DNA of 64,000 nt from contig CAZVZU010000006.1 of assembly GCA_964631685.1 (NCBI GenBank), forward strand, positions 64,419-128,418. Reading direction: 5' to 3'. The stretch is from an uncultured Actinomycetes bacterium (GTDB lineage: Bacteria; SZUA-79; Acidulodesulfobacterales; Acidulodesulfobacteraceae). Positions 10,967-22,170 of this stretch are shown one piece after another; position 1 is the first letter of the stretch; each line of letters begins with the position of its first letter. A model generated the notes under the pieces. That model worked only from the letters and a program-made list of their open reading frames with translations. It was not told the origin of the DNA and did not search any database. Both the position numbers and the translations under genes were made by a program.

Positions 10967-12340
10967 ATGTATGTAATCACCTTAGTAATAGTCATTTTGG
11001 TTTTAGTAGCCTTCTTTGAGTATCTTTACGCCCTTAATCCCGTGAAGATTGCATTGCATTATGCCCCCGGCTCTCATCATATAATCAATGAATACCTTAT
11101 TATTTATATCTTTTCTGCATTTTTGATAGGCATTATCCTTGTCATGTCCGTAAACGTTTTAAAGGATATAATAGCCCAGATAAATAATCTTCTGTTCAAG
11201 AGAAAACAATTCATAAAAACGGAGATAGATAACTCTATCAATAAAGCCAGCAGCCTATATATTAAAGGACAATATGACAAAGCAATAGATATATTGAAGA
11301 AATATTTATCCGCCTATGAAAAAAGCGTAGGTGCATATTTACTGCTAGCCAAGGTTTACAAACATAAGGGAGAAATAAAAAATTGCGAATTTAACCTTAA
11401 CAAGGCGCTTGATATAGAAAAAGACAATATTAATGCACTGAACGAAAGTGGAAACCTTTACAAATTAAACAAAGATTATGATAAGGCATTACTCTATTAT
11501 GAAAGATCTCTAGAACTCTCTGCCGATAACCTTTACGCGATAAAACAGATGAAGGATATCTACATAAAAAAGGGGGAATGGAAAAATGCCTACAGAATGT
11601 CTAAACTATTCCTTGCAGAGTCAAAGGATAAAAGCATTAACAAAAAAGAAGAATTAATCATGCTTGGACTTAAGTATGAATTCGGAAAATATCTTCTAGA
11701 AACGGAAAATGACCTTACAAGGTCGGCGAAAAGATTTAACCAGGTTTTGGCTCAAGATAAAAATTTCGTCCCTGCGTACATATCTCTGGGTGAAATATAC
11801 ATTAAAAAGGGCAAATATTCTGATGTATTTGATTTGTGGGAAAAAGCATTCTTAAAAACAGGAAATTTTGCCATTCTTATTAGGATCGAAGATATGGCTA
11901 TAAAAACAAATCATCCCGAGAACATAATTAAATTTTATCAAGAATTAATTTATGACAATCCAGAGAAATGGGAGTATAAACTGTTTCTGGGAAAGCTTTA
12001 TATGAGGCTTGAAATGGTTGATGAGGCGCTTTCTAATCTCCTTGAAATCCCGCCCTCAATCTTTAAAGACAACTCTCTTAATCTTCTTTTGGCCGATTGT
12101 TACTTTAAAAGGGGGAAGTATAATGATGCTGCCGTTAACTTTAGAAAAGCACTCAAAAACAGATATCCAGTAAAACTACTGTTTACGTGCTCAAACTGCG
12201 GATTCACCTCTTATAATTACGTGTCTATCTGTCCTTCCTGTAATCAATGGAATACATTCAACATCGAAACATCCGAAGCGCTTTACGAAAGCGGGTATAG
12301 AAGTGATATGAAAAATATTTCACCATTAATCCCAAAATAA
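10967..12340 (+). CDS. lapB: LapA-like membrane domain fused to LapB-like TPR and rubredoxin-like protein (LPS assembly regulator)
   Basis: Two N-terminal hydrophobic helices, multiple TPRs, C-terminal CSNCG...CPSCNQW. Confidence 0.75.
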   Translation: MYVITLVIVILVLVAFFEYLYALNPVKIALHYAPGSHHIINEYLIIYIFSAFLIGIILVMSVNVLKDIIAQINNLLFKRKQFIKTEIDNSINKASSLYIKGQYDKAIDILKKYLSAYEKSVGAYLLLAKVYKHKGEIKNCEFNLNKALDIEKDNINALNESGNLYKLNKDYDKALLYYERSLELSADNLYAIKQMKDIYIKKGEWKNAYRMSKLFLAESKDKSINKKEELIMLGLKYEFGKYLLETENDLTRSAKRFNQVLAQDKNFVPAYISLGEIYIKKGKYSDVFDLWEKAFLKTGNFAILIRIEDMAIKTNHPENIIKFYQELIYDNPEKWEYKLFLGKLYMRLEMVDEALSNLLEIPPSIFKDNSLNLLLADCYFKRGKYNDAAVNFRKALKNRYPVKLLFTCSNCGFTSYNYVSICPSCNQWNTFNIETSEALYESGYRSDMKNISPLIPK

Positions 12341-12353
12341 ATAGATATAGTAA

Positions 12354-13901
12354 ATGAAAAAATACGACCGACTGGCCTTGATCATCCTAGATGGTTTCGG
12401 CTTATCATCCTCTATAAAAGGCAATGCTATAAAAAATGCGAATCCGGAATTTATAAATTCAATCTTTGCAAATTATCCTTTTACAACATTGGCTGCGCAC
12501 GGCCATGACGTTGGATTACCAAAAAATACCATGGGAAACTCTGAGGTAGGTCACTCCAATATCGGCGCTGGAAGAATAATAATGCAAGACCTGATAAAGA
12601 TAGATACGCAAATTAGGAACAATACATTAAGAAATAATAAAACATTATCCTTGTGCTTAAAAAAGATTTTGGCAGGCAATTCAAGGGTTCACCTCATGGG
12701 ACTCTTGTCTGAAAGTGGCGTTCACTCAGAATTATCTCACTTACTGTATCTGATAAATTTTTTTGTAGCCGGTGGCGTAAGGGAAATTTATATTCATACA
12801 TTTTTAGACGGCAGAGATTCGCCGCCAAAAAGCGCCGAAGTTTTTTTGAAAAAGTTAATTACGGAAATTGCAAAATTTGACGACCAGGTTTTTTTGTCTA
12901 CGATGTGTGGCCGTTTTTATGCGATGGATAGGGATACAAGGTGGGACAGGACCAAAACTGCCTTCGATTTGCTTACTGAATTAATTGGGGAAAAGGCAGA
13001 TGACCCACTAACGGCTTTAAATAGATTTTACGGTGATGGAATAACAGATGAATTTATGCCGGGTATTGTAGTAGACAACAAAAAGAAGAATAAAGACGGT
13101 TCTATTAGGCAGGATGACGGCGTATTATTTTTCAACTTCAGGGCAGACAGAGCCAAGCAACTGACTATGGCTCTTACATTTAAAGATTTTAGTTATTTTT
13201 CAAGAAACACTTTTAAATGCGTCGGTAATTTTATATCAATGGCTAAATATGATGATTCATTTAAAAATGGATACATAATACCCCCTGAAAATTTTAATAA
13301 TATTCTAGGAGAAGTGGTCTCTAGCCTTGGCTTAAATCAGTTCAGAATTGCAGAGACAGAAAAATATGCCCATGTGACCTATTTCTTTAACTGCGGAAGA
13401 GAAGAACCGTTTAAAAATGAGGATAGGCTGTTAATACCGTCTCCTAGAGAATATAAGACCTATGATATGATTCCGGAAATGAGTGCATTTAAGGTTAAAG
13501 ACGCTTTAATGGAAAGAATTAAATCAAACAAATACAAGTTGGTAGTATGCAATTTTGCAAATTGTGATATGGTAGGGCATACAGGAAACTATGACGCAGC
13601 TGTTAAGGCAGTTAGTACCGTAAATTCTGTTGTCGCCGAAATAGTACCAGAAATCCTTAGCCAAGATTATGCATGCATAATAACAGCAGACCACGGAAAC
13701 GCCGAAACCATGATGTATGAAAATGGGGAACCGATGACTAATCATACCCTCAACCCTGTACCATTTGCTATTGTTTCCAACTATGCAAGGGAAATTCCGA
13801 CCTTAAAACCGGGAAGGCTTGCCGACATAGCACCGACAGTGCTTAGACTTTTAGGAACAGGTATACCTCCTGAAATGACTGGACGGGTTTTATGGGAATA
13901 G
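12354..13901 (+). CDS. gpmI: 2,3-bisphosphoglycerate-independent phosphoglycerate mutase
   Basis: ILDGFG, MGNSEVGH, DGRD, GRFYAMDRD, AETEKYAHVT, DMVGHTG, TADHGNAE. Confidence 0.97.
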   Translation: MKKYDRLALIILDGFGLSSSIKGNAIKNANPEFINSIFANYPFTTLAAHGHDVGLPKNTMGNSEVGHSNIGAGRIIMQDLIKIDTQIRNNTLRNNKTLSLCLKKILAGNSRVHLMGLLSESGVHSELSHLLYLINFFVAGGVREIYIHTFLDGRDSPPKSAEVFLKKLITEIAKFDDQVFLSTMCGRFYAMDRDTRWDRTKTAFDLLTELIGEKADDPLTALNRFYGDGITDEFMPGIVVDNKKKNKDGSIRQDDGVLFFNFRADRAKQLTMALTFKDFSYFSRNTFKCVGNFISMAKYDDSFKNGYIIPPENFNNILGEVVSSLGLNQFRIAETEKYAHVTYFFNCGREEPFKNEDRLLIPSPREYKTYDMIPEMSAFKVKDALMERIKSNKYKLVVCNFANCDMVGHTGNYDAAVKAVSTVNSVVAEIVPEILSQDYACIITADHGNAETMMYENGEPMTNHTLNPVPFAIVSNYAREIPTLKPGRLADIAPTVLRLLGTGIPPEMTGRVLWE

Positions 13902-14836
13902 TTTCGTTTATCTGCCAAAGCAACAATATAAGATTAGATTTATTTTTAAAAACGCGGATGCTCGATAACACACGGGCATACATTCAAAGGCTTATATTAT
14001 TAGGTAATGTCGCTGTTAACGGAATAACCATTAAGAAGTCCGCATATAAATTAAAAGAAAATAGCGTATTAACCGTCAAAGATTTGGAAATAAAAAAAAC
14101 AGGCTTGTGTTATTTCGACCATGAACTTGAAATCATTTACGAAGATGATTTTATTGCCGCAATAAATAAACCGGCAGGTATTGTAGTCCACCCGGGAAAG
14201 GGAAACTACGATAATACTCTTGTTAATATTTTAATTGGAAAAATATCCAACCTATCGGGTATCGGTGGGGTAGAAAGACCAGGGATAGTTCATAGACTAG
14301 ATAAAGATACCTCAGGTATAATGTTAGTTGCTAAAAATGATTTTTCTCATAACGCGCTGATATCGAGTTTTAAAAATAGAGAGATAAAAAAAACATATCT
14401 TGCCGTATGTTATGGTCTATTACAAAAAAAAGACGACTGCATAGAGGGGTTTATTAAACGGGATAAAAACAATAGAATTAAGATGCAGATAACCAAAGAA
14501 ACTGGCAAATATTGCCTTACGCGGTTAGAGACTATAAAACAGATAGGTTCCGTAGCAACATTGCTTAAGGTAATGCCGCACACCGGAAGAACACATCAAA
14601 TCAGAATATCCCTTTTTGAAACTGGTTATCCTATAGTTGGAGATAAGGTTTATAAGAGGAAGGACTTATTGGATAGGTATAAGAGTTTGAACTTTGTAAA
14701 AAGACAGATGCTTCACGCATATATGCTTGAATTCTATCATCCAAAAACAAAACAGAGAATGATTTTAAATGCTGAAGTTCCAAATGACATGCGCTGGGCT
14801 TTAAATTCAAACGATACAAATAACCTGCAAAAATGA
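13892..14836 (+). CDS. rluD: RluA/RluD-family 23S rRNA pseudouridine synthase
   Basis: S4 domain, NKPAGIVVHP, RPGIVHRLDKDTSG, TGRTHQIR. Confidence 0.9.
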   Translation: MGIVSFICQSNNIRLDLFLKTRMLDNTRAYIQRLILLGNVAVNGITIKKSAYKLKENSVLTVKDLEIKKTGLCYFDHELEIIYEDDFIAAINKPAGIVVHPGKGNYDNTLVNILIGKISNLSGIGGVERPGIVHRLDKDTSGIMLVAKNDFSHNALISSFKNREIKKTYLAVCYGLLQKKDDCIEGFIKRDKNNRIKMQITKETGKYCLTRLETIKQIGSVATLLKVMPHTGRTHQIRISLFETGYPIVGDKVYKRKDLLDRYKSLNFVKRQMLHAYMLEFYHPKTKQRMILNAEVPNDMRWALNSNDTNNLQK

Positions 14837-15414
14837 TAAAAATAGGCCTGACAGGCTCTATAGGATCTGGAAAAACAACGATACTTCAATTATTAAAGGG
14901 TTTCGGTTTTTTAACCTTAAGCCTTGACCTTGAATCTAAAAAATTATTAAAAAAAAATACTTCGGAATATAAAAAAATTGTTGCATTTTTCGACAAAAAC
15001 ATTTTAAATAAAGATACTGAGATTAATAAGGAACTTCTTGCAACGATAGTTTTTTCAGATCCACTAAAGAAAAAGGCTTTAGAAAATATTATCTATCCGG
15101 CTTTAAGAAGAAATATTGATGATATCCTTAAGAAAAGTAAAAAATCCGTGGTTATAATTGAAGGTGCCGTTATTATAGAGTCAGGATACTACGCAGGGTT
15201 GGATAAGACCGTTCTTGTAACCTGTGATTTTTCACAAAGGCTTAAAAGATCGTATAAACATTTCGATTTTGAAGATTTTATAAAAAGGGATAAAAATCAA
15301 TTAAGCCAGACGGAAAAGGTAGAAAAATCTGATTTCGTGATAAATAATAACTACGGACCCAAGTTTTTGATTCCTCAGATTCAATTGTTAACAAACTTTC
15401 TAAACCATATTTAA
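14833..15414 (+). CDS. coaE: Dephospho-CoA kinase
   Basis: IGLTGSIGSGKTT, VFSDP..K.LENIIYP. Confidence 0.9.
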   Translation: MIKIGLTGSIGSGKTTILQLLKGFGFLTLSLDLESKKLLKKNTSEYKKIVAFFDKNILNKDTEINKELLATIVFSDPLKKKALENIIYPALRRNIDDILKKSKKSVVIIEGAVIIESGYYAGLDKTVLVTCDFSQRLKRSYKHFDFEDFIKRDKNQLSQTEKVEKSDFVINNNYGPKFLIPQIQLLTNFLNHI

Positions 15415-15492
15415 GATGTTAAAAGAATAAAACCTCGAATAACTAAAACTTCCCGATTTCCGAACGCAATATAGACAAAGGGGGATATATTT

Positions 15493-16497
15493 ATGGAAGA
15501 ATGTCTAAAATCCAAAGATTTAGGCTATGCATTTATAAGCGAACTTTTAGAATTTGACAATCAGAGAAAATCAATTGAAGAAATATTTCATTTTGTCAAT
15601 GTGAGTTTCGAGTACACATTTGGAGCTACAGCTATAATGTTTATACACAAAAGATATAACACCGAAGAAAAGATGGCGATCTCAAGGGGTATTTCGCATG
15701 AATATGTTAAAAAATTTAATGCGAGTCCCCCATTATCTTTGCTAAAAGAATTAAGCTCCACGAAAAATAGCTTGTACGTAGATTTTGCAAAAGAAGGCGA
15801 AAAATATTCAAAATATGATTATTTATTTGAACACGATGATGTTTCCGAGTTTTTTGCCTGTGAATTAAAAACAGTCTATATGGATTCATATTTTGTGGCA
15901 ATTTATTCCGTCCCGAGATTTAAAAACTGTGGCGATGATAAAATTAGAGTATTTGATACAATTTTTTCCGTCATCTCGCACATTTTAAACGCGAACAAGT
16001 GCGTCCAGACTATGAGGGATTGTTCTCAGATAGATTATGTATCCGGACTGAATAATTTTAAATATTTCCATGAAAAACTTTTTCAAGAGATGCGAAAGAA
16101 TGCTGAAGAAAAAGGGCATTTATCTATTGCTTTAATTTCGCTAAACCAGCTAAACAAACTCAATTCTGTATTCGGCCACAGCGCTGGAGACAAAAGTATC
16201 GGTTTAATAGCAAATATTATCAACAAAAACATAAGAACATTCGATACGGCTTCGAGATATGGTAATAAATTTATCATATTGTTTCCGGGTATGAATGGTC
16301 ATCTTGTAAAAAAAATTCTTAAAACTATTTTTTTAGATGTTGAAAATAATTTTAAGAATGAAAATCAAGATATACTCTCACTCAATGCCGGTGTTTCAAC
16401 ATTTCCATCTGATGGAAATAACGAACGAGCAATTTTAGACTTAGCCGAAGGTCGTCGTATGGAAGCTAGAAGACAAAAAAAATGGTCCATAATATAA
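15493..16497 (+). CDS. GAF-like plus degenerate GGDEF domain protein
   Basis: DYVSGLNN, NSVFGHSAGD, RTFD I-site, active site RYGNKF instead of RYGGDEF. Confidence 0.85.
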   Translation: MEECLKSKDLGYAFISELLEFDNQRKSIEEIFHFVNVSFEYTFGATAIMFIHKRYNTEEKMAISRGISHEYVKKFNASPPLSLLKELSSTKNSLYVDFAKEGEKYSKYDYLFEHDDVSEFFACELKTVYMDSYFVAIYSVPRFKNCGDDKIRVFDTIFSVISHILNANKCVQTMRDCSQIDYVSGLNNFKYFHEKLFQEMRKNAEEKGHLSIALISLNQLNKLNSVFGHSAGDKSIGLIANIINKNIRTFDTASRYGNKFIILFPGMNGHLVKKILKTIFLDVENNFKNENQDILSLNAGVSTFPSDGNNERAILDLAEGRRMEARRQKKWSII

Positions 16498-16538
16498 TAA
16501 AAAACAATTAAGATAAAATTTAAATTTAAGAGGTATTT

Positions 16539-17804
16539 ATGAATATCAAGGAATTGTCTACAAAAAAAATCTCGGAATTATTGCAAACGGCGAAATCTTA
16601 TAAAATAGAAGGCGCATCCGGAATGCGTAAACAAGATTTAATATATGCCTTAGTTAAGGCTGAAACAGAAAAAGACCATCAGGCTGAAAAAAATGACAAT
16701 CTCTCTGGTGAAGGTGTACTTGAAATCTTGCCTGACCAATACGGATTTTTAAGATCGCTTGAGGCAAATTATCTTCATGGGCCTGATGATATTTACGTAT
16801 CACCCTCGCAAATTAGAAAATTTGGACTTAGGACCGGCGATACCGTTCGCGGGGTAATAAGACCTCCCAAAGATAGCGAAAGGTTTTACGCACTCCTCAA
16901 GGTAGAAAGCATTAACTTTGAAGATCCTGAAATCGCTAAGGAAAAGATATTATTTGATAATCTAACTCCTCTATATCCTCAAGATCGTATAAAACTTGAG
17001 TTTGATTCTAAAAATTTATCCACAAGGCTTATGGATTTATTAATTCCCATAGGAAAAGGTCAAAGAGGCTTGATAGTAGCTCCGCCCAGAACAGGGAAAA
17101 CCGCACTTTTAAAGGATATAGCCCACGCTATAAATGCCAATCATAAGGAAATTTTTCTAATGGTGCTTCTAATTGATGAAAGGCCCGAAGAGGTTACTGA
17201 CATGCAAAGATCGGTAAATGGAGAGGTAATTAGTTCCACATTTGACGAACCACCTCAAAGGCATATTCAAATAGCCGAAATAGTAATAGAAAAGGCAAAG
17301 AGGCTCGTAGAAACCGGAAAAGATGTTGTTATATTATTAGATTCCATTACTAGACTTGCAAGGGCATACAACGTGACTATTCCGTCTTCAGGTAAGGTTT
17401 TATCAGGCGGAGTTGATTCAAATGCATTACATAAACCAAAAAGATTTTTCGGAGCTGCCAGAAACATTGAGGAAGGCGGTAGCCTTACAATAATAGCTAC
17501 GGCTTTGATTGATACCGGCTCAAGGATGGATGAGGTAATCTTTGAAGAGTTTAAGGGAACGGGAAATTTGGAAGTAAATTTAGACAGAAAACTTGCGGAA
17601 AAAAGGGTATTCCCTGCTATAGATATAAAGAAGTCTGGCACCAGAAAAGAGGAACTTCTCGTGAATGCAGATCATCTCAATAAGACCATTGTGCTAAGTA
17701 GAGTTTTGTCCGGCATGGATACGTCCGCGGCAATGGAATTTTTAATTGAGAAAATAAGAAATACAAAAACAAATAATGATTTTTTTAATTTAATGAAGCT
17801 TTAA
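16539..17804 (+). CDS. rho: Transcription termination factor Rho
   Basis: [54 protein letters not shown]. Confidence 0.98.
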   Translation: MNIKELSTKKISELLQTAKSYKIEGASGMRKQDLIYALVKAETEKDHQAEKNDNLSGEGVLEILPDQYGFLRSLEANYLHGPDDIYVSPSQIRKFGLRTGDTVRGVIRPPKDSERFYALLKVESINFEDPEIAKEKILFDNLTPLYPQDRIKLEFDSKNLSTRLMDLLIPIGKGQRGLIVAPPRTGKTALLKDIAHAINANHKEIFLMVLLIDERPEEVTDMQRSVNGEVISSTFDEPPQRHIQIAEIVIEKAKRLVETGKDVVILLDSITRLARAYNVTIPSSGKVLSGGVDSNALHKPKRFFGAARNIEEGGSLTIIATALIDTGSRMDEVIFEEFKGTGNLEVNLDRKLAEKRVFPAIDIKKSGTRKEELLVNADHLNKTIVLSRVLSGMDTSAAMEFLIEKIRNTKTNNDFFNLMKL

Positions 17805-17841
17805 AACCACCTAATTGAGCAACTTTCCCCTATATAATTCT

Positions 17842-19194
17842 TTATGATATAGCGGAAAGGTTGGCTCTGTCAATAATGTATTCTAAATTTTTTAATGACG
17901 AACCTCTGTTTTGAGATATGAGGTTTAGCCCGTTGCTCTTGGCAATTTCTTTGGCGTTGTTATCATATAAATAGAATGATACAGAATCGAATAATTCTTC
18001 CGACGATAGTACCATCTTGCCGGCTTTTATGTTTATGATTTTATCTGCAATTTCTGAAAAATTTTCTACATATTTGCCAAAAATTACGGGCTTCCCAAAA
18101 AATAACGGCTCTAATAAATTGTGACCTCCAACCCGCACCATACTGCCACCTACAAAGGCGACATCACACACACTATATATCGACATAAGCTCTCCGATTA
18201 TATCCACTAGTATAACTAATTTTGAACCTATATCGCCATAGTCGAGCGAGACCTCAGCTTTATCGCCTGCAGAATAGATAGCCGAAAGCCTGCGACATTG
18301 AAAATTGCTATTTAATATAAGATCATAGACATACTCAAATCTTTCGGGATGCCTAGGGGCTATGAAAAGAACGGTTTTTTTCTTCTTTCCATTTAATTTT
18401 GCAAAAGCATCCAAAATTAATTTTTCCTCTTCCTTATGGGTACTGCCTGCAACTATCACTCTATTATTCTTAAAAATATTTTTAAGAATAATATTTTTCT
18501 TTGAGTCCTCATCGGTAAGGCTATCAAGTTTTAGGTCAAATTTCATATTCCCCGTTATATGAATATTTTCTTTTTTTACGCCAAGCATCAAAAACTTCTC
18601 ATAATACCCATTAGATATACAAAGAACCAAACCTATACTTTCAAATACAAATTTAAAAAAGAAATTTAATGCGTAATAATTTTTATATGATTTATCCGAT
18701 ATTCTGGCATTTACTATGGAAATCATGACCTTTCTTTTTTTTAGCATATTAAATAAATTAGGCCATATCTCAGTTTCAATGGATACAAATAATATCGGTT
18801 TTATAAAATTTAGAATAATTTTAATTGAAAAATAAAAATCATAAGGAAAATAAAAAATACAAACATGATCTGCATCTTTAGCGTAATATTTTTTTGCATA
18901 ATCATAGCCTGTCCTGGTAACCACGGAAAGATAGATGGGCTTTTTGATCTTTTCTATCAGTATATCAATGAAATTTACGGATGCTCTAAGCTCCCCCAGA
19001 GATACAGCATGGACCCACACGCCGTCTTCAAAATATAGTTCCCTTATATTTTTATCTAAAAACGGCAACAGCTTATAAAAGAAAGCCGTCTTTCTTTTAT
19101 TTTTTACTAAAAAAGATAATAACATCCACATCAAAAAAAACGGCAACGCAACAATTAGCAGACAGTTATATATGATAAATAGAGATTTTTTCAT
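17842..19194 (-). CDS. waaA: 3-deoxy-D-manno-octulosonic acid (Kdo) transferase
   Basis: WVHAVSLGE, ETEIWPN, TGNMKFD, AGSTH, APRHPER, GGHNLLEP. Confidence 0.95.
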   Translation of the reverse strand: MKKSLFIIYNCLLIVALPFFLMWMLLSFLVKNKRKTAFFYKLLPFLDKNIRELYFEDGVWVHAVSLGELRASVNFIDILIEKIKKPIYLSVVTRTGYDYAKKYYAKDADHVCIFYFPYDFYFSIKIILNFIKPILFVSIETEIWPNLFNMLKKRKVMISIVNARISDKSYKNYYALNFFFKFVFESIGLVLCISNGYYEKFLMLGVKKENIHITGNMKFDLKLDSLTDEDSKKNIILKNIFKNNRVIVAGSTHKEEEKLILDAFAKLNGKKKKTVLFIAPRHPERFEYVYDLILNSNFQCRRLSAIYSAGDKAEVSLDYGDIGSKLVILVDIIGELMSIYSVCDVAFVGGSMVRVGGHNLLEPLFFGKPVIFGKYVENFSEIADKIINIKAGKMVLSSEELFDSVSFYLYDNNAKEIAKSNGLNLISQNRGSSLKNLEYIIDRANLSAIS

Positions 19195-19224
19195 AACAGA
19201 AAATTTATCGGCTTGCAACCGCTA

Positions 19225-20976
19225 TCAATTGCCTAGTTGTTTAGCAAGAAGATTTTTATAAATACCGTTAATTGCTACCAGTTCCTCATGGCTTCCGCTC
19301 TCAACTACCTCACCGTTTTCTAAAACATACACGATGTCGGCTTTTTTTACGGTTGAAAGTCTGTGAGCAACGATTATGGCAATTTTGTCCCTACATAAAC
19401 CGTGAGGATTTTCTTTGGTTCCAAATAAAGCGCTTTGAATCTCTTTTTCAGACTCGCTATCTAAGGAAGATGTGGCCTCATCAAGTATAATTATAGGAGC
19501 ATTTTTCAAAAAAGCCCTGGCAATTAATATTCTCTGTTTCTCGCCTCCCGAAAGCCGAAGTCCGGCTTCGTCGACTAAAGTATCGTAGCCCTTAGGCAAC
19601 TTCGTGATAAAATCATGTGCAAAAGCAAACTTAGAAGCCTGCATTACATCGTCCATATTCTTATTTGAACTTCCATACTCAATATTAAACTGAATAGATT
19701 CATTAAATAAAACCACCTGCTGTGACACATACGATATACCACCTCTTAAATCCTTTAAATCGAATTCATTGATATTTATTCCGTTAATCATTATTGCCCC
19801 TTTCTCGGGATAATAAAAACGAGGGATTAACATCGTAATAGTACTCTTACCAGCACCTGAATAGCCAACTATGGCTATCGTCTTGCCCTTTTGAGCCGTA
19901 ATGTTTATATTTTTTAAATCATAGCTCTCGCTCTCGTTATAACTAAAATAAATATTTTTTATTTCTAAAGTATCAATATTTACCGGCAACTGTCGTGTAC
20001 CACTTGTATTTTCAGCCTCACCGTCTATTACGTCAAAAATCCTCGTTCCTGCAGCAATACCTTCCTGTAGACTATTGTTTAAGCGAGATAAGCTTTTGAC
20101 TGGCTCATAAAGTAAAAGAATTGCCGTTAAAAAAGAAAAAAAGTTACCCGGGGTGTAACCAAATTTTATTACCTGTAACCCGCCTACAAATATGATAAGG
20201 GAAATGGAAACGCCGCCTATTAATTCAACAAGTGGCACGGTTAACCCTCTAATTTTGGTCATTCTCATTAAGAATCTGTACAGATTATCGGATAATTTCT
20301 TGAAGCGACCAATCTCCGACTCCTCCATGTTATAAGCCTTTACCGTCCTTAAACTAGATATAGTCTCATCTAAGAACTTGGTAATATTGCCCACCTCTGT
20401 TTGCGTATCTATGCTTGTTTTTCTTGCCTTATTCCCCAGTAATGTAACGGGAATTACAACCACAGGAAACAGTACAAAAACAATTATTGCCAGATAAAAA
20501 TCCATATAAAACACTACAGCTATAAGAACAATTATCGTCAATATGTCCTTCATAACCGCGCTTACTGAATCAGAAACGGTTCTTTGGATAATATTTATAT
20601 CGTATGTTATTCTTGCAATCAAAACCCCCGTGGGAATCTTATTTAATTTTGGTACAGGAAATCTTACAATAGCGGAATAGACTTCGTCTCTTAGCGTCCT
20701 TATTATATTTTGTCCGACACTACCTATATAATAAAATTCTGCATAATAAAAAATATTTTTTACAACAAAAATAGCCATTACGACGATGGGGATCAGCATA
20801 AGATCTTCATAGCTTTTTGTTATAAATATGTTATTTATAAGAGGCTTGACAATATAAGCAAGAAGCCCTGTCAATGCAGACACTATGCCCATACTTATCA
20901 TTGCCAATATCAGCTTTTTTTTATAAGGGAGCACATATGGAACTAATCTTTTTAAAATATTGAAATCTTTTTTCAT
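19225..20976 (-). CDS. msbA: Lipid A export ABC transporter
   Basis: TMD plus NBD (GYSGAGKST, LSGGEKQR, ILDEATSSLD) between lpxB and waaA. Confidence 0.88.
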   Translation of the reverse strand: MKKDFNILKRLVPYVLPYKKKLILAMISMGIVSALTGLLAYIVKPLINNIFITKSYEDLMLIPIVVMAIFVVKNIFYYAEFYYIGSVGQNIIRTLRDEVYSAIVRFPVPKLNKIPTGVLIARITYDINIIQRTVSDSVSAVMKDILTIIVLIAVVFYMDFYLAIIVFVLFPVVVIPVTLLGNKARKTSIDTQTEVGNITKFLDETISSLRTVKAYNMEESEIGRFKKLSDNLYRFLMRMTKIRGLTVPLVELIGGVSISLIIFVGGLQVIKFGYTPGNFFSFLTAILLLYEPVKSLSRLNNSLQEGIAAGTRIFDVIDGEAENTSGTRQLPVNIDTLEIKNIYFSYNESESYDLKNINITAQKGKTIAIVGYSGAGKSTITMLIPRFYYPEKGAIMINGININEFDLKDLRGGISYVSQQVVLFNESIQFNIEYGSSNKNMDDVMQASKFAFAHDFITKLPKGYDTLVDEAGLRLSGGEKQRILIARAFLKNAPIIILDEATSSLDSESEKEIQSALFGTKENPHGLCRDKIAIIVAHRLSTVKKADIVYVLENGEVVESGSHEELVAINGIYKNLLAKQLGN

Positions 20977-21007
20977 AGTATTTTTACTCTATCTATTACA
21001 TTAGGGA

Positions 21008-22144
21008 TTAAGCATCTTTTAAAAGTTTATTATATATTATATTAGCCGACGCCTCAAATGGGTCAACATCTGTCCTTAAAGATGCAATTATATCAGAAAT
21101 TCCATCTACAATAGAATTTTTATAATGATCATCCTTTAAAATTTTGTCTATCTCTTGAAAAACATTTTTAGGTGTAAATTTTAATTCTATAAGTTCTGGA
21201 ACAACCATTTTATTTGCCATTATATTAATGAGCCCAATATATTTAATCTTGACTAAAGCCTTAGCTATTAGATATGTCAGAAAATTTAAATAATATACTA
21301 TCACTACCGGTTTTTTGTAAAATCCTGCTTCTAGAGATGCCGTTCCGCTTGCCGCCACTATTATGTTACTTGAAGTCAACGCAGAGTCGACCGAGTCAAC
21401 AACGGCATACCAATCATGCGGTATATTCTTTTTTTCTAAAATACTCATAAAATAAGAAGTCTTGATTCCTTTTCTAAACGGAAATAAAAAAAAAGCGTTT
21501 TTATAAACAGCTTTTATTAGCCTCAAGGAACCGACTATGCGGTTTGCATGATATTTAAGCTCGGTTTTTCTGGAACCGGGCAAGAATGAAATTATAGGAT
21601 AATTATCCTTTTTTTCATCTTTTAATTTTATGGTGTGTTCGTATATAGACCGGTATAAAGGATTACCGAAGTAGTACGCCTCAATACCTGCTTTTTTATA
21701 AATTTCAAGCTCGAATGGAAAAATAACAATAACAAATTCAATATATTTTTTTATAAAATTAATCCTTTTATATCTTGATGCCCATATTTTAGGAGGGATA
21801 AAATAAACCACAGGAATATTTAATCTACTGGCAAATTTTGCTATTTTAAAGTTAAAAGAAGGGGAATCTACTAATATAACAATATCGGGTTTATTTATAC
21901 TTATCCATTTTAAGATAGTTTCCAGAACCCTTTTTATTGTTTTTATTCTACATATAACCTCAGTGAAGCCCATAACAGCTAACTCACCAATGTCCGCAAT
22001 TAACTCCACATCTTCGGATTTAAGATTTTCTCCTCCCATTGCATGATATGATGTCTCGGGATTAATTTTTTTAAGATGTTTAATCAAACCCGCAGCAAAT
22101 ATATCTCCTGAGAGTTCACCTGTAATAATAAGTACTTTTGTCAA
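21008..22144 (-). CDS. lpxB: Lipid-A-disaccharide synthase
   Basis: GELSGD, VMGFTEV, VDSPSFN, LPGSRKTE, SGTASLE. Confidence 0.95.
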   Translation of the reverse strand: MTKVLIITGELSGDIFAAGLIKHLKKINPETSYHAMGGENLKSEDVELIADIGELAVMGFTEVICRIKTIKRVLETILKWISINKPDIVILVDSPSFNFKIAKFASRLNIPVVYFIPPKIWASRYKRINFIKKYIEFVIVIFPFELEIYKKAGIEAYYFGNPLYRSIYEHTIKLKDEKKDNYPIISFLPGSRKTELKYHANRIVGSLRLIKAVYKNAFFLFPFRKGIKTSYFMSILEKKNIPHDWYAVVDSVDSALTSSNIIVAASGTASLEAGFYKKPVVIVYYLNFLTYLIAKALVKIKYIGLINIMANKMVVPELIELKFTPKNVFQEIDKILKDDHYKNSIVDGISDIIASLRTDVDPFEASANIIYNKLLKDA

Positions 22145-22170
22145 TTTTTCGCCTAGACTTAATACAAAAT

